64,000 nucleotides of DNA from an uncultured Aliarcobacter sp. (GCA_963664305.2 CAXXLV010000002.1:1248001-1312000), one strand, 5' to 3'; shown: positions 19,874-32,297, counted from the stretch's first letter. Numbers and translations: made by a program. Notes: generated by a model from the letters alone, not told the origin.

Positions 19874-21121
19874 TTGATAAATATTAAAGAGTTAACAAAA
19901 AATACACTTTTTCAACTTAAAAATGAAAATATATCAACAACTCCTGAACACTATTTTATAGAATTCAAAAAACAAGCAGAAAAAGAGAATGTAGAATTAG
20001 AAGAATTTGAATTATTTAAAAAAATAAAAAACTCTTTAACAAAAGAAGAACAAGATTCTTTAAAAACAGAATCATTTAATGAATTAGCAACTATTTTATC
20101 GCAAAGAATTACAACTGATGAATTAAAAAATTTAGTAGCAACACTAAATGATATTTTAGTACCATCAATTGATTTTAGTTTTATAGAAGATATTGAAGAA
20201 TTTATTTTAAACAACATAAAAAATCCAAAAACTATAATATCAAATGCTTCGTTAGAAAAATTAAAAGAATTATCTAAAAAAAGAGTAGATGCGGATAGAA
20301 AAGTTTTAAAAGATAAAACAGATGATGTAGTAAAATTAACATCATTAATGAGTAGATATTTTGATAAAACGCTTAATGATGGAAAAAATTCTACAGAAGA
20401 AATAATGAAAATAAAAGATGAATTATTATCTTTAAATATCTCTAATTCTTCTTTTAGAGAATTAAAAATTGTTGAGAAAAAACTTATTGATACAGTTTAT
20501 AACATCGAACACTCTATGAAAGAAAATCATAAAATGATTGAAGATAATAGAGAAAAATTTCAACAATTAAATAAACAAATTGAAGAACTTCAAAAAGAAC
20601 TTGTATTAGTAAAAGAAGAGTATCAAGTTGATTATTTAACAAATATTTTAAATAGAAGAGCTTATCACAAAGAAGTAGAAAAAATGGAGAAAAAATTCTC
20701 TATTTTTAATGCTAATTATGCAATTGTTTTTTATGATATTGACCACTTTAAAGAAATCAATGATCAATTTGGACATTCTTGTGGAGATAGCGTACTAAAG
20801 AATTTTGCTGCAATATTAAAAGATTTAACTAGAAAAGAAGATATTATTGCAAGATATGGTGGAGAAGAATTTATTGCACTTGTTAATTATCAAGATGAAA
20901 TAGAAGTTCAAAGATATATTAAAAGAGTTAAAAAAACTCTTGAAAATGCAAATTTTTTATATAAAGATTCACAAATAAAAATAAAATTTTCTGCTGGAAT
21001 TACTTATAGAAATAAATATGAAACATTTTCAGATGCTAAAAAAAGAGCTGATGAATTACTTTATGAAGCAAAACATAAAGGAAGAAATAAAATCATTATA
21101 GATGATGGGATTGAATTATAA
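19874..21121 (+). CDS. Diguanylate cyclase
   Basis: DIDHFK.IND..GH, RKED I-site and RYGGEEF active site. Confidence 0.9.
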   Translation: MINIKELTKNTLFQLKNENISTTPEHYFIEFKKQAEKENVELEEFELFKKIKNSLTKEEQDSLKTESFNELATILSQRITTDELKNLVATLNDILVPSIDFSFIEDIEEFILNNIKNPKTIISNASLEKLKELSKKRVDADRKVLKDKTDDVVKLTSLMSRYFDKTLNDGKNSTEEIMKIKDELLSLNISNSSFRELKIVEKKLIDTVYNIEHSMKENHKMIEDNREKFQQLNKQIEELQKELVLVKEEYQVDYLTNILNRRAYHKEVEKMEKKFSIFNANYAIVFYDIDHFKEINDQFGHSCGDSVLKNFAAILKDLTRKEDIIARYGGEEFIALVNYQDEIEVQRYIKRVKKTLENANFLYKDSQIKIKFSAGITYRNKYETFSDAKKRADELLYEAKHKGRNKIIIDDGIEL

Positions 21122-21132
21122 AAATTACTCTA

Positions 21133-21900
21133 TTATGATAAAGTAATTTTTATAATATTTGCTACTAACATAAAAATCAATACAAAAATTAAAACTTTTT
21201 TTATAAAACTCTCTCCACCTTTTATTGCATAATGACTTCCTATGTAAGATCCTAACATATTAGAAATAGCCATTGGAATTGCAATCATCCATAGTACTTT
21301 TCCTGCCATTACAAAGGCAATTGCTGAACCAATATTTGTAGCAAGATTTAAAGGTTTTGTTGAAGCAGTTGAAATAATATAATCCAAATGTAAAAACTTT
21401 TTCATAGAAATTGTCATATAAGTTCCAGTACCTGGTCCTAAAATACCATCATAAAAACCAATTGGTGCTGTTGCTAATATAATATTTTTATTTGTTAATT
21501 TCGTATTTTCTTCACTAATATTTTTACTTTTTTTAAGTAAAAAAAACAAAGCGATTGGTATTGCAATTAAAATTGCCCATTTTATAACATAATCAGGAAT
21601 ATACATTACAAGTTTACTTCCAACATAAGATGCTAATAAACAAGGAATAATTGCAATACTCACAACTTTAAAAGATATCTTTTTACTTAAAAAATATTTG
21701 ATAGTTGCCATTAAAGTACCAAATAAAGAAGCCATTTTATTAGTTGCTAAAACAAAAACAGGGGGAATTCCACTATATAAAAGAACAGGTACTTGTATCA
21801 TTCCACCGCCACCAGCAATAGAATCAATATAACCTGCAACAAATCCAGTAATAACAAAAACTACTATCCACAAAGTAGTTATTTCTTGTAAAAAATCCAT
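21133..21900 (-). CDS. TSUP (TauE/SafE, YfcA-like) transporter
   Basis: DSIAGGGG, ATNK and GFYDG.LGPGTG motifs. Confidence 0.9.
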   Translation of the reverse strand: MDFLQEITTLWIVVFVITGFVAGYIDSIAGGGGMIQVPVLLYSGIPPVFVLATNKMASLFGTLMATIKYFLSKKISFKVVSIAIIPCLLASYVGSKLVMYIPDYVIKWAILIAIPIALFFLLKKSKNISEENTKLTNKNIILATAPIGFYDGILGPGTGTYMTISMKKFLHLDYIISTASTKPLNLATNIGSAIAFVMAGKVLWMIAIPMAISNMLGSYIGSHYAIKGGESFIKKVLIFVLIFMLVANIIKITLS

Positions 21901-21981
21901 ATAAACTCTTAATTTTTTGTGGAAGTATATCTAAAAATTATATATAAGTTATATTAAAATTTCAAAAAAATTTCTTTTTCA

Positions 21982-22605
21982 TTATGACCATAATTGTAAT
22001 TTTGGAAGATGAGAAACTGCCCTTAAAATATCAGTTTTTGAAACAATTCCTAATAAAGTTGCATTTTCATCTACAATTGGTATTGCATCTAGTTTAAAAT
22101 CAAGCATTACTTTTACAACACTTCGTACATCAGCCATAGGCTCAGCTGTAATAACCTCGGGCAAATAAATATCTTCAATTTTTCTATTTAATATAGATTT
22201 TACATTTTCAATATCTTCCATAATAAGATTTAAAATGATTTTCTTATTTATTATTCCAATAATCTTTTTACCAAATGCAGTTATTGGTATTTGTGTAATT
22301 TGATTATCTTTTAAATAAGAATAAGCTTCTTCAATAGATACTTTATTATCCATTGAAAAGACATCCTTTGTCATGATATCTTTTATATAATAAACAGGTT
22401 CAGATGTATCTAAATTTGCAATTTTTTTATAAGAGTTCAAATACTCTTGTTTTTGATGTTCTTTTTCTTCATTTGAAAAATTTTGAATAAATCCTTCATC
22501 AGGAGTAAGTCTAGTTTCTTGTATTTCTTCTACATTTTTTAAGTTATATAAGTTATCAGCAGTACTTCTAAAACCTACACTTCCGTTATTATATATAGCA
22601 AACAT
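21982..22605 (-). CDS. CBS-domain protein
   Basis: CBS pair (IKDIMT... and AIPIVD..LLGIVSKTDIL). Confidence 0.85.
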   Translation of the reverse strand: MFAIYNNGSVGFRSTADNLYNLKNVEEIQETRLTPDEGFIQNFSNEEKEHQKQEYLNSYKKIANLDTSEPVYYIKDIMTKDVFSMDNKVSIEEAYSYLKDNQITQIPITAFGKKIIGIINKKIILNLIMEDIENVKSILNRKIEDIYLPEVITAEPMADVRSVVKVMLDFKLDAIPIVDENATLLGIVSKTDILRAVSHLPKLQLWS

Positions 22606-22669
22606 CTTTTACTCCTTATTTATAATCATCATAATACAGATTATTTAATAAATTATTAATGATTTCTAA

Positions 22670-25048
22670 CTAAACAGTAACTTTTTTTGAAATAGAAATC
22701 AAATTTCCTATTAGTTGAGTATCTTTTTGTTTTATCCAAAAGTCTTCATTTGCAACAATGATTAATCTTTTTTTCGTTCTACTTACAACTGTGTTTATTA
22801 GATTTAAACCTTTAAAATTTTCATTTATAGTATTTGTAAAAAACATTCTTCTTTTTCCACTATTTGAATCATCAACAACAGAAAAAATCACATTGTCCCA
22901 TTCACTTCCTTGTGATTTGTGAATTGTCATTATATTTTCAAAATATTTTCTACCCAAGTGTTCCTTTAAAAGTTTCACTTGTTTTTTATATGGAGTTAAT
23001 ATCACAAAAGATTTTCCTTCGAACTTTTTTACTAATTCTTTAATTATCATTACTTCTTCTAATGATGAGCGTTCATCAGCTTCATTTACATTTGAAGCAC
23101 TATCTATAAAAAAGAGATTTGTATCACTATCTAAGGCTGATTGAAACCCAAATTTATAAACAAATTTATTTAAAACTTGTGCTAAATTTTTTCCAAATCT
23201 ATGAGTTGATACTAAATTTACTTGTGATGTTTTTTCAAATTTTGGAGTTGTATTACTTGTAAACTCAAAATATATCTCATCAATACTATTTTTTAAAAAA
23301 AGTGTTTCAAAAAAGAGAGCAGATTGACTCCATAAAAAGCTCTTTTTATATGCATTTATATCATCAGCTTTTATTTCACTAACAGGTGGAAGTTGCATAT
23401 GATCACCCAAAAATGTTATTGGAGAATTACATTTAAATAAACTTAAAGCCTTGATTGTAGACATATATCCAGCTTCATCACAAAAGATATGGTTTACTTC
23501 AATATTTTCATTTATAGTGTATTGAATATACGCGTCAATTGTCATTGCAAGTACTAAACTATTTTTTACTCTTTGTTTTGTACTTTGTTCAATTAATAAA
23601 TCTTTCTCATCAATCAAAAACTCTAATTTATCTTTTAATTTTTTATCATCAAAATTTTTATGATGTATATCTAAAGCTTGATTTATCAACTCATCATTTG
23701 AGTTTTCTACTAAACTTTTGATTGATTCTAAACTATTTTTACACCAAAGATTTAGTTGAGATATTTTTTCATTTATTTGTAACTGTTTTTCATCTAAATT
23801 TGTTTGTGTCAAATCTTTAAATATTTCATTATAAATCTTTTCACTTTTTATTAAATCTTTACAAAGAGTTAATATTTCAAAATTTTCTTGAGTTATTTGA
23901 TTTATTTCTTTCTCGATTTTTTCCAACTCTTTTCGAATACAATCAAGATTTACAACCTCTTTTAATTTATTCTCTTCAACTAGTTTTTCATCAAAGTTTA
24001 TGCAAGGATTTCCTTCATGTCTTCTTATTGCATCTTTTATCATTTTTGAATTATTTGAGAAATGATAAGCTTTTAAAGGTAAAGTTAGAAGATTTATCAA
24101 AGGTTGTAAGTGTTCTTCTTCATTTTCAAGTTTGATAATTTTTATTTTATTTTCTTGAAGTTTAAAAAAATATTCTAAGATTATTTCTAAATCTTCACTA
24201 ATCTTTTTACCTTCTCTATATTTTAAAACTCTACTTAATATATTTATTTCATTTTCAAGAGATTCTAAAACTCTTTCTATTCCTTTTGTTTCACAAATTT
24301 CAGAATATTTATCAAAAAAATCTTTTGATGGAATTCCTATTCGTAAAACCTTTTCATTTGAGATTTGAAGTTTTTCTGTGTTTTCTAAAACTCCAAAAAG
24401 TATCTGCTCTAAAGCTACATTTGTAGGAGCAACTATCAAACCTTTTTTATTTGAAGTTATATAATTTATCAAAGCAGTTGATAAAATGGCTTTTGTTTTT
24501 CCAGTTCCAGGAGGTCCCCAAATATATGAATATCTATTTTCAAATATAGAATTTACAGCATCTTTTTGATTTTGGTTTAGTTTTGTATCTTTTAATATTT
24601 CTAAATTTGGTTTCAACTTTAAATCAAATTTTTCATTAAATATAAGCTTATTGGAATTTTTTTCATACCATTCAATCAAATTCTTAATCAAAAAAAGTAA
24701 ATCAGATACTACAAAAAAATCATCACTTTTTATCTTCTCAAATTCAATATCAGGATTTAAAACTTGAACATACAAAAGTCTATTTTTTTCATCATACTCT
24801 TTGATTAATATATCTTTTTTATTAAAGTAATATTCATTTGTTTGATTGTTTTTATAATAAGTTTTTTCAAAGTCATAAATAGGTTTTTCTAATTTTATTT
24901 CATATAGTTTTGGAGAGCTATCTTTTTGGTATTTTATAGATACAACTTTATCTATACTTTTTCCATTGTTTTCACTATATTTTTTAACATATTCATAATA
25001 AAAATTTGCCTGGTCTAGGCATAATTCTTTTAACTTTGCTATTTCCAT
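22670..25048 (-). CDS. Superfamily 1 (Upf1/Dna2-like) helicase with long coiled-coil insert
   Basis: LNQNQ Q-motif, GPPGTGKT, APTNVA, DEAG, GDHMQLPPV, TIHKSQGSE, NTVVSRTK. Confidence 0.88.
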   Translation of the reverse strand: MEIAKLKELCLDQANFYYEYVKKYSENNGKSIDKVVSIKYQKDSSPKLYEIKLEKPIYDFEKTYYKNNQTNEYYFNKKDILIKEYDEKNRLLYVQVLNPDIEFEKIKSDDFFVVSDLLFLIKNLIEWYEKNSNKLIFNEKFDLKLKPNLEILKDTKLNQNQKDAVNSIFENRYSYIWGPPGTGKTKAILSTALINYITSNKKGLIVAPTNVALEQILFGVLENTEKLQISNEKVLRIGIPSKDFFDKYSEICETKGIERVLESLENEINILSRVLKYREGKKISEDLEIILEYFFKLQENKIKIIKLENEEEHLQPLINLLTLPLKAYHFSNNSKMIKDAIRRHEGNPCINFDEKLVEENKLKEVVNLDCIRKELEKIEKEINQITQENFEILTLCKDLIKSEKIYNEIFKDLTQTNLDEKQLQINEKISQLNLWCKNSLESIKSLVENSNDELINQALDIHHKNFDDKKLKDKLEFLIDEKDLLIEQSTKQRVKNSLVLAMTIDAYIQYTINENIEVNHIFCDEAGYMSTIKALSLFKCNSPITFLGDHMQLPPVSEIKADDINAYKKSFLWSQSALFFETLFLKNSIDEIYFEFTSNTTPKFEKTSQVNLVSTHRFGKNLAQVLNKFVYKFGFQSALDSDTNLFFIDSASNVNEADERSSLEEVMIIKELVKKFEGKSFVILTPYKKQVKLLKEHLGRKYFENIMTIHKSQGSEWDNVIFSVVDDSNSGKRRMFFTNTINENFKGLNLINTVVSRTKKRLIIVANEDFWIKQKDTQLIGNLISISKKVTV

Positions 25049-25121
25049 TTGGGATTTTAACTTAGAAAAATTTACGTTTTTGTTAAAGTATTTGTAACTA
25101 AATTTTAATTACTATTTGCTA

Positions 25122-25934
25122 ATGAATAATACACTATATTTTACGCACGAAAAATTAGATTTTTTAGAACTAAGATACTCAAAATCAAATCAATGTTACA
25201 AAGAACACATTCATAATACTCTATCTATTGGTGCTATTCTTGCAGGTCAAAGAACATATAAAAATAAAAGTAAAACTATAATTTTAGAAAAAAACCAATT
25301 GGCTATTGTAAATCCAAATACTATTCATAGTTGTAATTCTAATTCAAAAGTAGCAAATAAAATCTTTATGCTTTATTTAGATAAAGATTGGTGTTTTAAA
25401 CTTCAAAAAACAATATTTCCATATATAAAAGAATTTGTACCTTTTTCAACAGAAATTCTAAAAAATAAAATCTTATATAAAAAATTCATAACTCTTTGTG
25501 AACTTTTATTTTCAAATGCATTGATTATAGAAAAAGAGAGTTCTATTATAGATTTTTTCTACTCTTTGTATAATAAATACCATAAAGAAATAGAAATAGA
25601 TATAGAAATAAAAACAAATGAAAAAATAGAAAATATCATCTCATATATGAATAAAAATATTAAAGATGATATTAGTCTAGATGATTTATCAAAAGAGTTT
25701 AATCTATCAACTTTTTATATAATAAAACTTTTCAAAAAAGAACTTAATATTTCAGCTCATTCATATTTTATAAATTTAAAAATTGAACTTGCAAAGAAAT
25801 TACTAAAAAATGGATTTTCTATAGTTGAAGTAGCATTAGAATGTGGCTTTTATGACCAAAGCCATTTTCATAGAAATTTTAAAAAAATAGTTGCAATTAC
25901 TCCCAAAAAGTATCAGGACAATTTTGTACAATAA
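25122..25934 (+). CDS. AraC-family transcriptional regulator
   Basis: N-terminal cupin HIH; C-terminal GFYDQSHFHRNFK. Confidence 0.92.
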   Translation: MNNTLYFTHEKLDFLELRYSKSNQCYKEHIHNTLSIGAILAGQRTYKNKSKTIILEKNQLAIVNPNTIHSCNSNSKVANKIFMLYLDKDWCFKLQKTIFPYIKEFVPFSTEILKNKILYKKFITLCELLFSNALIIEKESSIIDFFYSLYNKYHKEIEIDIEIKTNEKIENIISYMNKNIKDDISLDDLSKEFNLSTFYIIKLFKKELNISAHSYFINLKIELAKKLLKNGFSIVEVALECGFYDQSHFHRNFKKIVAITPKKYQDNFVQ

Positions 25935-25978
25935 TTAATTTTCTCTTTTTAATACAATCTTCAAAATAAAGGAGATTT

Positions 25979-26602
25979 ATGGAAATTTATTTACAAAGTT
26001 TTTTTATACTTGCATTTACTCATTTTTTAGCATTGATTAGTCCTGGTATTGATTTCTTTATAATTATTAATTCTACTATTAAAAATGGGAAAAAAGCTGG
26101 AATAATTGTTGCTTTTGGAATTACCATTGCAAATTTGGTTTATATACTTTTAGCTCTATTTGGAATTATTATTTTAAAAGAAAATTTATATATCTTTAAC
26201 TCTTTAAAAATTTTAGGAAGTAGTTATTTACTCTATATTTCATATCACTTATTTAAATCAAAAAAGAAAAACTTATTTGAGGACTTATCTAAAAATAAAA
26301 AAAGTATTACTCTAATATCTAGTTTTTTAAAAGGTTTTCTAAGTGCAATACTAAATCCTAAAAATTTTATTTTTTACTTTACAATGTTTAGTATAACTAC
26401 ACAAAATAATACGCCATTTTTTATTCAAACTATTTATGGAATTTGGATGTTTTTTGCAGTTTTATTTTGGGATATTTTTATAGTTTATATTTTAAGTTTA
26501 GAAAAAATCAAAGAATTATTTAACAAATATATTTACCTAATCGAGAAAATATCAGCTATATTTCTTACATTTGTAGCTTTGATGATAATCTACAAAATAT
26601 AA
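25979..26602 (+). CDS. LysE/RhtB-family exporter
   Basis: ISPG.DF and LNPK motifs; multiple TM helices. Confidence 0.9.
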   Translation: MEIYLQSFFILAFTHFLALISPGIDFFIIINSTIKNGKKAGIIVAFGITIANLVYILLALFGIIILKENLYIFNSLKILGSSYLLYISYHLFKSKKKNLFEDLSKNKKSITLISSFLKGFLSAILNPKNFIFYFTMFSITTQNNTPFFIQTIYGIWMFFAVLFWDIFIVYILSLEKIKELFNKYIYLIEKISAIFLTFVALMIIYKI

Positions 26603-26603
26603 A

Positions 26604-26634
26604 AAAAGAGACTTATCAAAAGACAAGTCCCTTT
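26604..26634. terminator. Hairpin between convergent lysE-like gene and nifU
   Basis: AAAAGAGGACTT...AAGTCCCTTTT imperfect inverted repeat. Confidence 0.55.
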
Positions 26635-26656
26635 TAAAAATCTAAAATTTAAAAAA

Positions 26657-27637
26657 TTAGATTGGTAAAACTCTAATGTTTTCATCAACTTTTTGTTGTA
26701 ATACTGACTCAATTGCAAATAAAGTTCCTGTACTTCCAGACGAACATCCTGAACAAGAACCTAAATATCTGATATAAATATCATAATGAGGAAGATTTTC
26801 TTTGATATCAATAATCTCCATATCTCCACCATCCATTACAAGCATTGGTCTTACATCAGTATCAATTACAGCATCAACTGCTTTAATTCTTTGAACTAAC
26901 GTCATTTTGTCAAATGAAGCATGTCCTGATGCACTTGCATCAGCAGCTGTTTTTAATCTAGATTGTTCCATTTCAGCTCTAACATCTTTTAAGATATCAA
27001 CTAAATAGATATCTTTAGCTTCATGACCACCTGGTTTAATACATGATTTACAGAAAGCTCCAGCTTTTGTATAATCTGTGATTTCTTCAACAGTTTTTAA
27101 ATCATTGATTTTGATAACTTCTTTTAAAGTTGCTAATGAAACCCTTGCACATTCACAAACGATTTGCTCTTCTTCAAAAGATTCCATATCAACACCTTTA
27201 TAATCAGCTGCTGCTTTTTTGATAACATCATAAGCCATAACTGAACAGTGCATTTTTTGAGGTGGAACTGCTGGAGTTTCTGGATTATCTCTTAATGCAA
27301 ATTCAACATCAATATTTGTAATTTTTACAGCTTCATCAACTGTTTTTCCAATACATAACTCAGCCATAACATCTGAAGATGCGATTGCTGTACCACATCC
27401 AAAAGATTTAAATTTTGACTCTAAAATTTTATCTGTAGACTCATCAACTGCCCAGTAAAGTCTTACAGCATCACCACATGATTCAGCACCAAAATCTGCA
27501 ACAATTAATTTTGCTCCAAGTTCGGCTGCTCTTTCTTCTGTAATTTCCCCTTGGTGTTTAGGGTTATTCATTCTATTTACAACTTGATTTGAATATTCAT
27601 CCCAAATTGATCCGCTTATTAAACTATTTTTTGCCAT
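26657..27637 (-). CDS. nifU: NifU Fe-S scaffold (IscU-BFD-Nfu domains)
   Basis: SCGD, FGC, KMHC; CEC..C..C; CSGC. Confidence 0.93.
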   Translation of the reverse strand: MAKNSLISGSIWDEYSNQVVNRMNNPKHQGEITEERAAELGAKLIVADFGAESCGDAVRLYWAVDESTDKILESKFKSFGCGTAIASSDVMAELCIGKTVDEAVKITNIDVEFALRDNPETPAVPPQKMHCSVMAYDVIKKAAADYKGVDMESFEEEQIVCECARVSLATLKEVIKINDLKTVEEITDYTKAGAFCKSCIKPGGHEAKDIYLVDILKDVRAEMEQSRLKTAADASASGHASFDKMTLVQRIKAVDAVIDTDVRPMLVMDGGDMEIIDIKENLPHYDIYIRYLGSCSGCSSGSTGTLFAIESVLQQKVDENIRVLPI

Positions 27638-27667
27638 CTTATTTTCCTTTAAATATTATTCTATTTT

Positions 27668-28903
<1,236 letters not shown>

Positions 28904-28953
28904 CTATTCCAAAATTAATAGTTGCAAATAAAAACTTTTTCGTATTCTAATGA

Positions 28954-28994
28954 AAATAGGATAAAATTTGTCTTAATTGTTTTTTATCCTATTT
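28954..28994. promoter_or_regulatory. Rrf2/IscR-like operator upstream of nifS
   Basis: AAATAGGAT-N7-GTCTTAATT, within a perfect 13-bp inverted repeat (28954-28966 and 28982-28994). Confidence 0.6.
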
Positions 28995-29034
28995 ATTTTT
29001 TTCATACAGTAAATTTATTATACTAATCAATGAT

Positions 29035-30501
29035 TTAAAAACTGCTATTAAATGTGGCTAAATAATTTACAATCGCCCCATTTTCATCTTTTAATGTAGA
29101 AATTTTCAAATATTCTTCGTAAATTGTTCCATCTTTTCTTCTATTTTTTAATTTTCCATCCCATTTACCATCTTGTTTTAATCTATCCCACATTGTATTG
29201 TAGAATTTATTATCTTGTAAACCAGAATTTAATATAGATGGATCTTTTCCATAAACATCATTTAATTCATAACCTGTAATTTCTGTAAATGCTTTGTTTA
29301 TTAGAATAATATTATTGTTTTTATCAGTAATTATTATTCCTTCCAATGCTTGTTCAAATATCTTAAGTGATAATTCAACTTTTGTTTGTGCACTTTTTCT
29401 ATCAATAGATTCTTTAATCAAGTTTTTATACAATTTTTCTAATGCATTGTGTAATTTTCCAATTTCATCATTTGATGGATTATTAAGGAATTTAACTTTT
29501 TTGTCATTTGATATATCTTCAACAATTTGACTTAATTGATTAAGTGGTCTTGAGATTCTTGTTGCAATAACAACACCTATAAATGCACCAATAATTCCTA
29601 AAATTACACTTATAAATAAGATTGAAGTTGCATTTTCATGTGCTATTTTAAAAGCTTCATTTACAGGTTCTCTAACTATTACTTTCCAAGAGAAACCTTC
29701 ATATTCTTCAAACCCTTTACTTACACTACTTGCTGTTAAATATTTAACATTATCATTCCAATTTAAAATTTTAAAAGATTCTTCATCTGTATTAAATGAT
29801 TGTGCAACATTTGAAGATATATCAGAGATATTAGCTCTTTCAGTATTTCCAGGTCCAACTAAAATCATTCCATCTTTTGATAATAAAAATATCTCTACAC
29901 CATGTTCTTTTTGAATACTTCTAATAACATCTCTTGTCCATTGCCAAGTCAAATGAGTACATAAAACCCCAAGAGTTTTACCATCTTTATTTATAACAGG
30001 AAATGCAACATCTGAAAAATAAATAGCTTCACCACTATTATTTGGTAATAATTTAGCTAATAATAAAGCATCATGTACATCACCAATATAAGGTCCATTT
30101 AAACCATTTGGAAGCCAAGGTCTAGCTTTTACATTTTTACCTTCTAAATATCCATTTGTTCCAACTTCTACTGTTCCATCAGGAAGAGCATATCCAATCC
30201 ATTCATGATGATTATAATTATCTTTAATTTTTTGAATCAATTCTCTTTTTTCGTTTATAGAACTATTTTCATTTGTTAGTATAGGTAATGATGCTGCAAA
30301 TCTAATCTCTCTAAATCTTTCTAACATCTCTCTATCAAGAATATCATTTACTCTTTTTGATAACTTAACCAATGACTCACCAGAATTTACTTCAAGTTGT
30401 TTTGTTGATATGTTATTTGAATAAAAACCAACTGTTAATGCAACGATAAAAGTTAAAATTCCAACTAAAAATGAAAACTTTAAACTAAAACTATTTTTCA
30501 T
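29035..30501 (-). CDS. TM-Cache-TM-HAMP-PAS sensor without output domain
   Basis: Two TMs, Cache-like periplasmic region, HAMP (ISRPL..DEIGKL), PAS (INKAFTEITGY..NRRKDG), then stop. Confidence 0.8.
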   Translation of the reverse strand: MKNSFSLKFSFLVGILTFIVALTVGFYSNNISTKQLEVNSGESLVKLSKRVNDILDREMLERFREIRFAASLPILTNENSSINEKRELIQKIKDNYNHHEWIGYALPDGTVEVGTNGYLEGKNVKARPWLPNGLNGPYIGDVHDALLLAKLLPNNSGEAIYFSDVAFPVINKDGKTLGVLCTHLTWQWTRDVIRSIQKEHGVEIFLLSKDGMILVGPGNTERANISDISSNVAQSFNTDEESFKILNWNDNVKYLTASSVSKGFEEYEGFSWKVIVREPVNEAFKIAHENATSILFISVILGIIGAFIGVVIATRISRPLNQLSQIVEDISNDKKVKFLNNPSNDEIGKLHNALEKLYKNLIKESIDRKSAQTKVELSLKIFEQALEGIIITDKNNNIILINKAFTEITGYELNDVYGKDPSILNSGLQDNKFYNTMWDRLKQDGKWDGKLKNRRKDGTIYEEYLKISTLKDENGAIVNYLATFNSSF

Positions 30502-30512
30502 GATTCACCTTT

Positions 30513-32297
30513 TTATAAATTCTTTTTGTCCAAAATTATTGAAAAACAAGCACCTTTGTAACTCTCAAAATTATAATCAAAAACTCTATTTTCAACCAAA
30601 ATATTCCCTTTAAATTTTTTAGTAATTATTTCATAAGCACTATACAATCCTAAACCTATCCCTGAAGAATTATGTTTTGTAGAAAAATATGGTTCAAAAA
30701 TCTTTTCAATTATCTCTTTTGGAATTCCACCTGCACTATCTTGTATATCAATAATAATTTCTTCTTTATCTTCTTTCATTTCAACAATAATCAAACCTTC
30801 TTTTGTAAACTCTTTTGCATTTTTTAATAAGTTGATTAATACATGTTTTAATTCATTTTCATAAGTAAATAGTTCAATATCAATTAAATTTTCAATTAAA
30901 ATTATATTTTTAGCATTTAAATCATCTTTAAACATTAATGTACACTGATGAACAGTATCTTTTAAATTAAAAGATTTTTTTTCGATACTTTCATTAAAAT
31001 AGCTTCTAAAATCTTCTATTGTATTTGATAAATAGTTCGTGTTACTTAATATCCCTTCTAAATTTTCAAAAAACTCTTTATCTTCTAAAATATTAAACTC
31101 TTTTTTTAGTTTTAAACCACTTGCTAAAACAGAAATAACACTTAAAGGTTGTCTCCATTGATGAGAAATATTTTGAATCATCTCACCAAGAGCTACCATT
31201 TTTGTTTGTTGAGACAAAATATATTCTCTATTTTTTTCTTCTTGTATTTTTCTATATCTATAATTTATATAAAAGATAAAAATCAATGAAAGTAAAAATA
31301 AAATTAAAATCATTTTATGATAGTTATTCATAACTTGTTTGATAAACTCAGAATTTTTATATAAAACCATATATGCAGCATTTTTATCATCTTGAACGTT
31401 TTTTATTGATAAAAATGAAATTGCCATATAATTTCCATCCACTTTTTTATAAAGTGAAAAATTTTCACTACTTCTCATTTTTCTTTTTATAAGATTTTTT
31501 TCGTCACTTGAATAAAAATTTTCACTAGTAAAATGGCTTAACTCTTGTGTTTTATTTTCTTTATATAAGTATTCATCATTTTCATTACTTAGTTGAAAAT
31601 TGTTCAAATACTCTTTAAAAACTTTCTCTTCTATGATAGATTTTTTAACTAAAAAATGTACATCTACATCAAAACTTGATTCAAAATTCTTCTCAAAAAA
31701 ATCTGAACTTACTGATAATTCAACACTACCTATATGAAAAAGTTTTTCATCAAAAAGTGGATAAACAAATCTATAACCATCTACAATTTTTCCTATTTCA
31801 TAACCATGAACTGGTTTTAAATCTTTGTTTGCTTCTTTTACACTAAATCTATCTTTTGTTAGATTATCACCAAATTTATCTTTTTCATGCATTCTTAAAA
31901 AACTTGTATTATCTGGAAAATGAAAATGAATTTGATGAAATTTATACTCTTTTAATCTAAGATAATCAGATATTAACTTTTCATATAATTGTTCTCGATA
32001 TAAACTTTGAACTTTTTTATCTTTTTTATAAGCATATTTAACAAGATTATAAATATCAGGTTTATTTATAATTCCATAGAAACTATTTTGTGAAAGTTTG
32101 TTGAAATTATCATAAATTGTGTCATATTGTGTTGAGTATAATTGCTTTAAATTAGTTAAATAATTATTGATTTCTTTTTCCAATTGGAATTTAAAATAAA
32201 AAAAAGATGTGGATAATAAAAAAAGAAAAATAACAATAGCTAAAATTGATTCTTCAACAAAATTTCTAAACTTCTCTATATACATTAGGTCTTTCAA
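30513..32297 (-). CDS. Membrane sensor histidine kinase (Cache domain)
   Basis: NISHQWRQPL H-box, N-box, DSAGGI, FEPYFSTK, GIGLGL. Confidence 0.92.
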   Translation of the reverse strand: MKDLMYIEKFRNFVEESILAIVIFLFLLSTSFFYFKFQLEKEINNYLTNLKQLYSTQYDTIYDNFNKLSQNSFYGIINKPDIYNLVKYAYKKDKKVQSLYREQLYEKLISDYLRLKEYKFHQIHFHFPDNTSFLRMHEKDKFGDNLTKDRFSVKEANKDLKPVHGYEIGKIVDGYRFVYPLFDEKLFHIGSVELSVSSDFFEKNFESSFDVDVHFLVKKSIIEEKVFKEYLNNFQLSNENDEYLYKENKTQELSHFTSENFYSSDEKNLIKRKMRSSENFSLYKKVDGNYMAISFLSIKNVQDDKNAAYMVLYKNSEFIKQVMNNYHKMILILFLLSLIFIFYINYRYRKIQEEKNREYILSQQTKMVALGEMIQNISHQWRQPLSVISVLASGLKLKKEFNILEDKEFFENLEGILSNTNYLSNTIEDFRSYFNESIEKKSFNLKDTVHQCTLMFKDDLNAKNIILIENLIDIELFTYENELKHVLINLLKNAKEFTKEGLIIVEMKEDKEEIIIDIQDSAGGIPKEIIEKIFEPYFSTKHNSSGIGLGLYSAYEIITKKFKGNILVENRVFDYNFESYKGACFSIILDKKNL

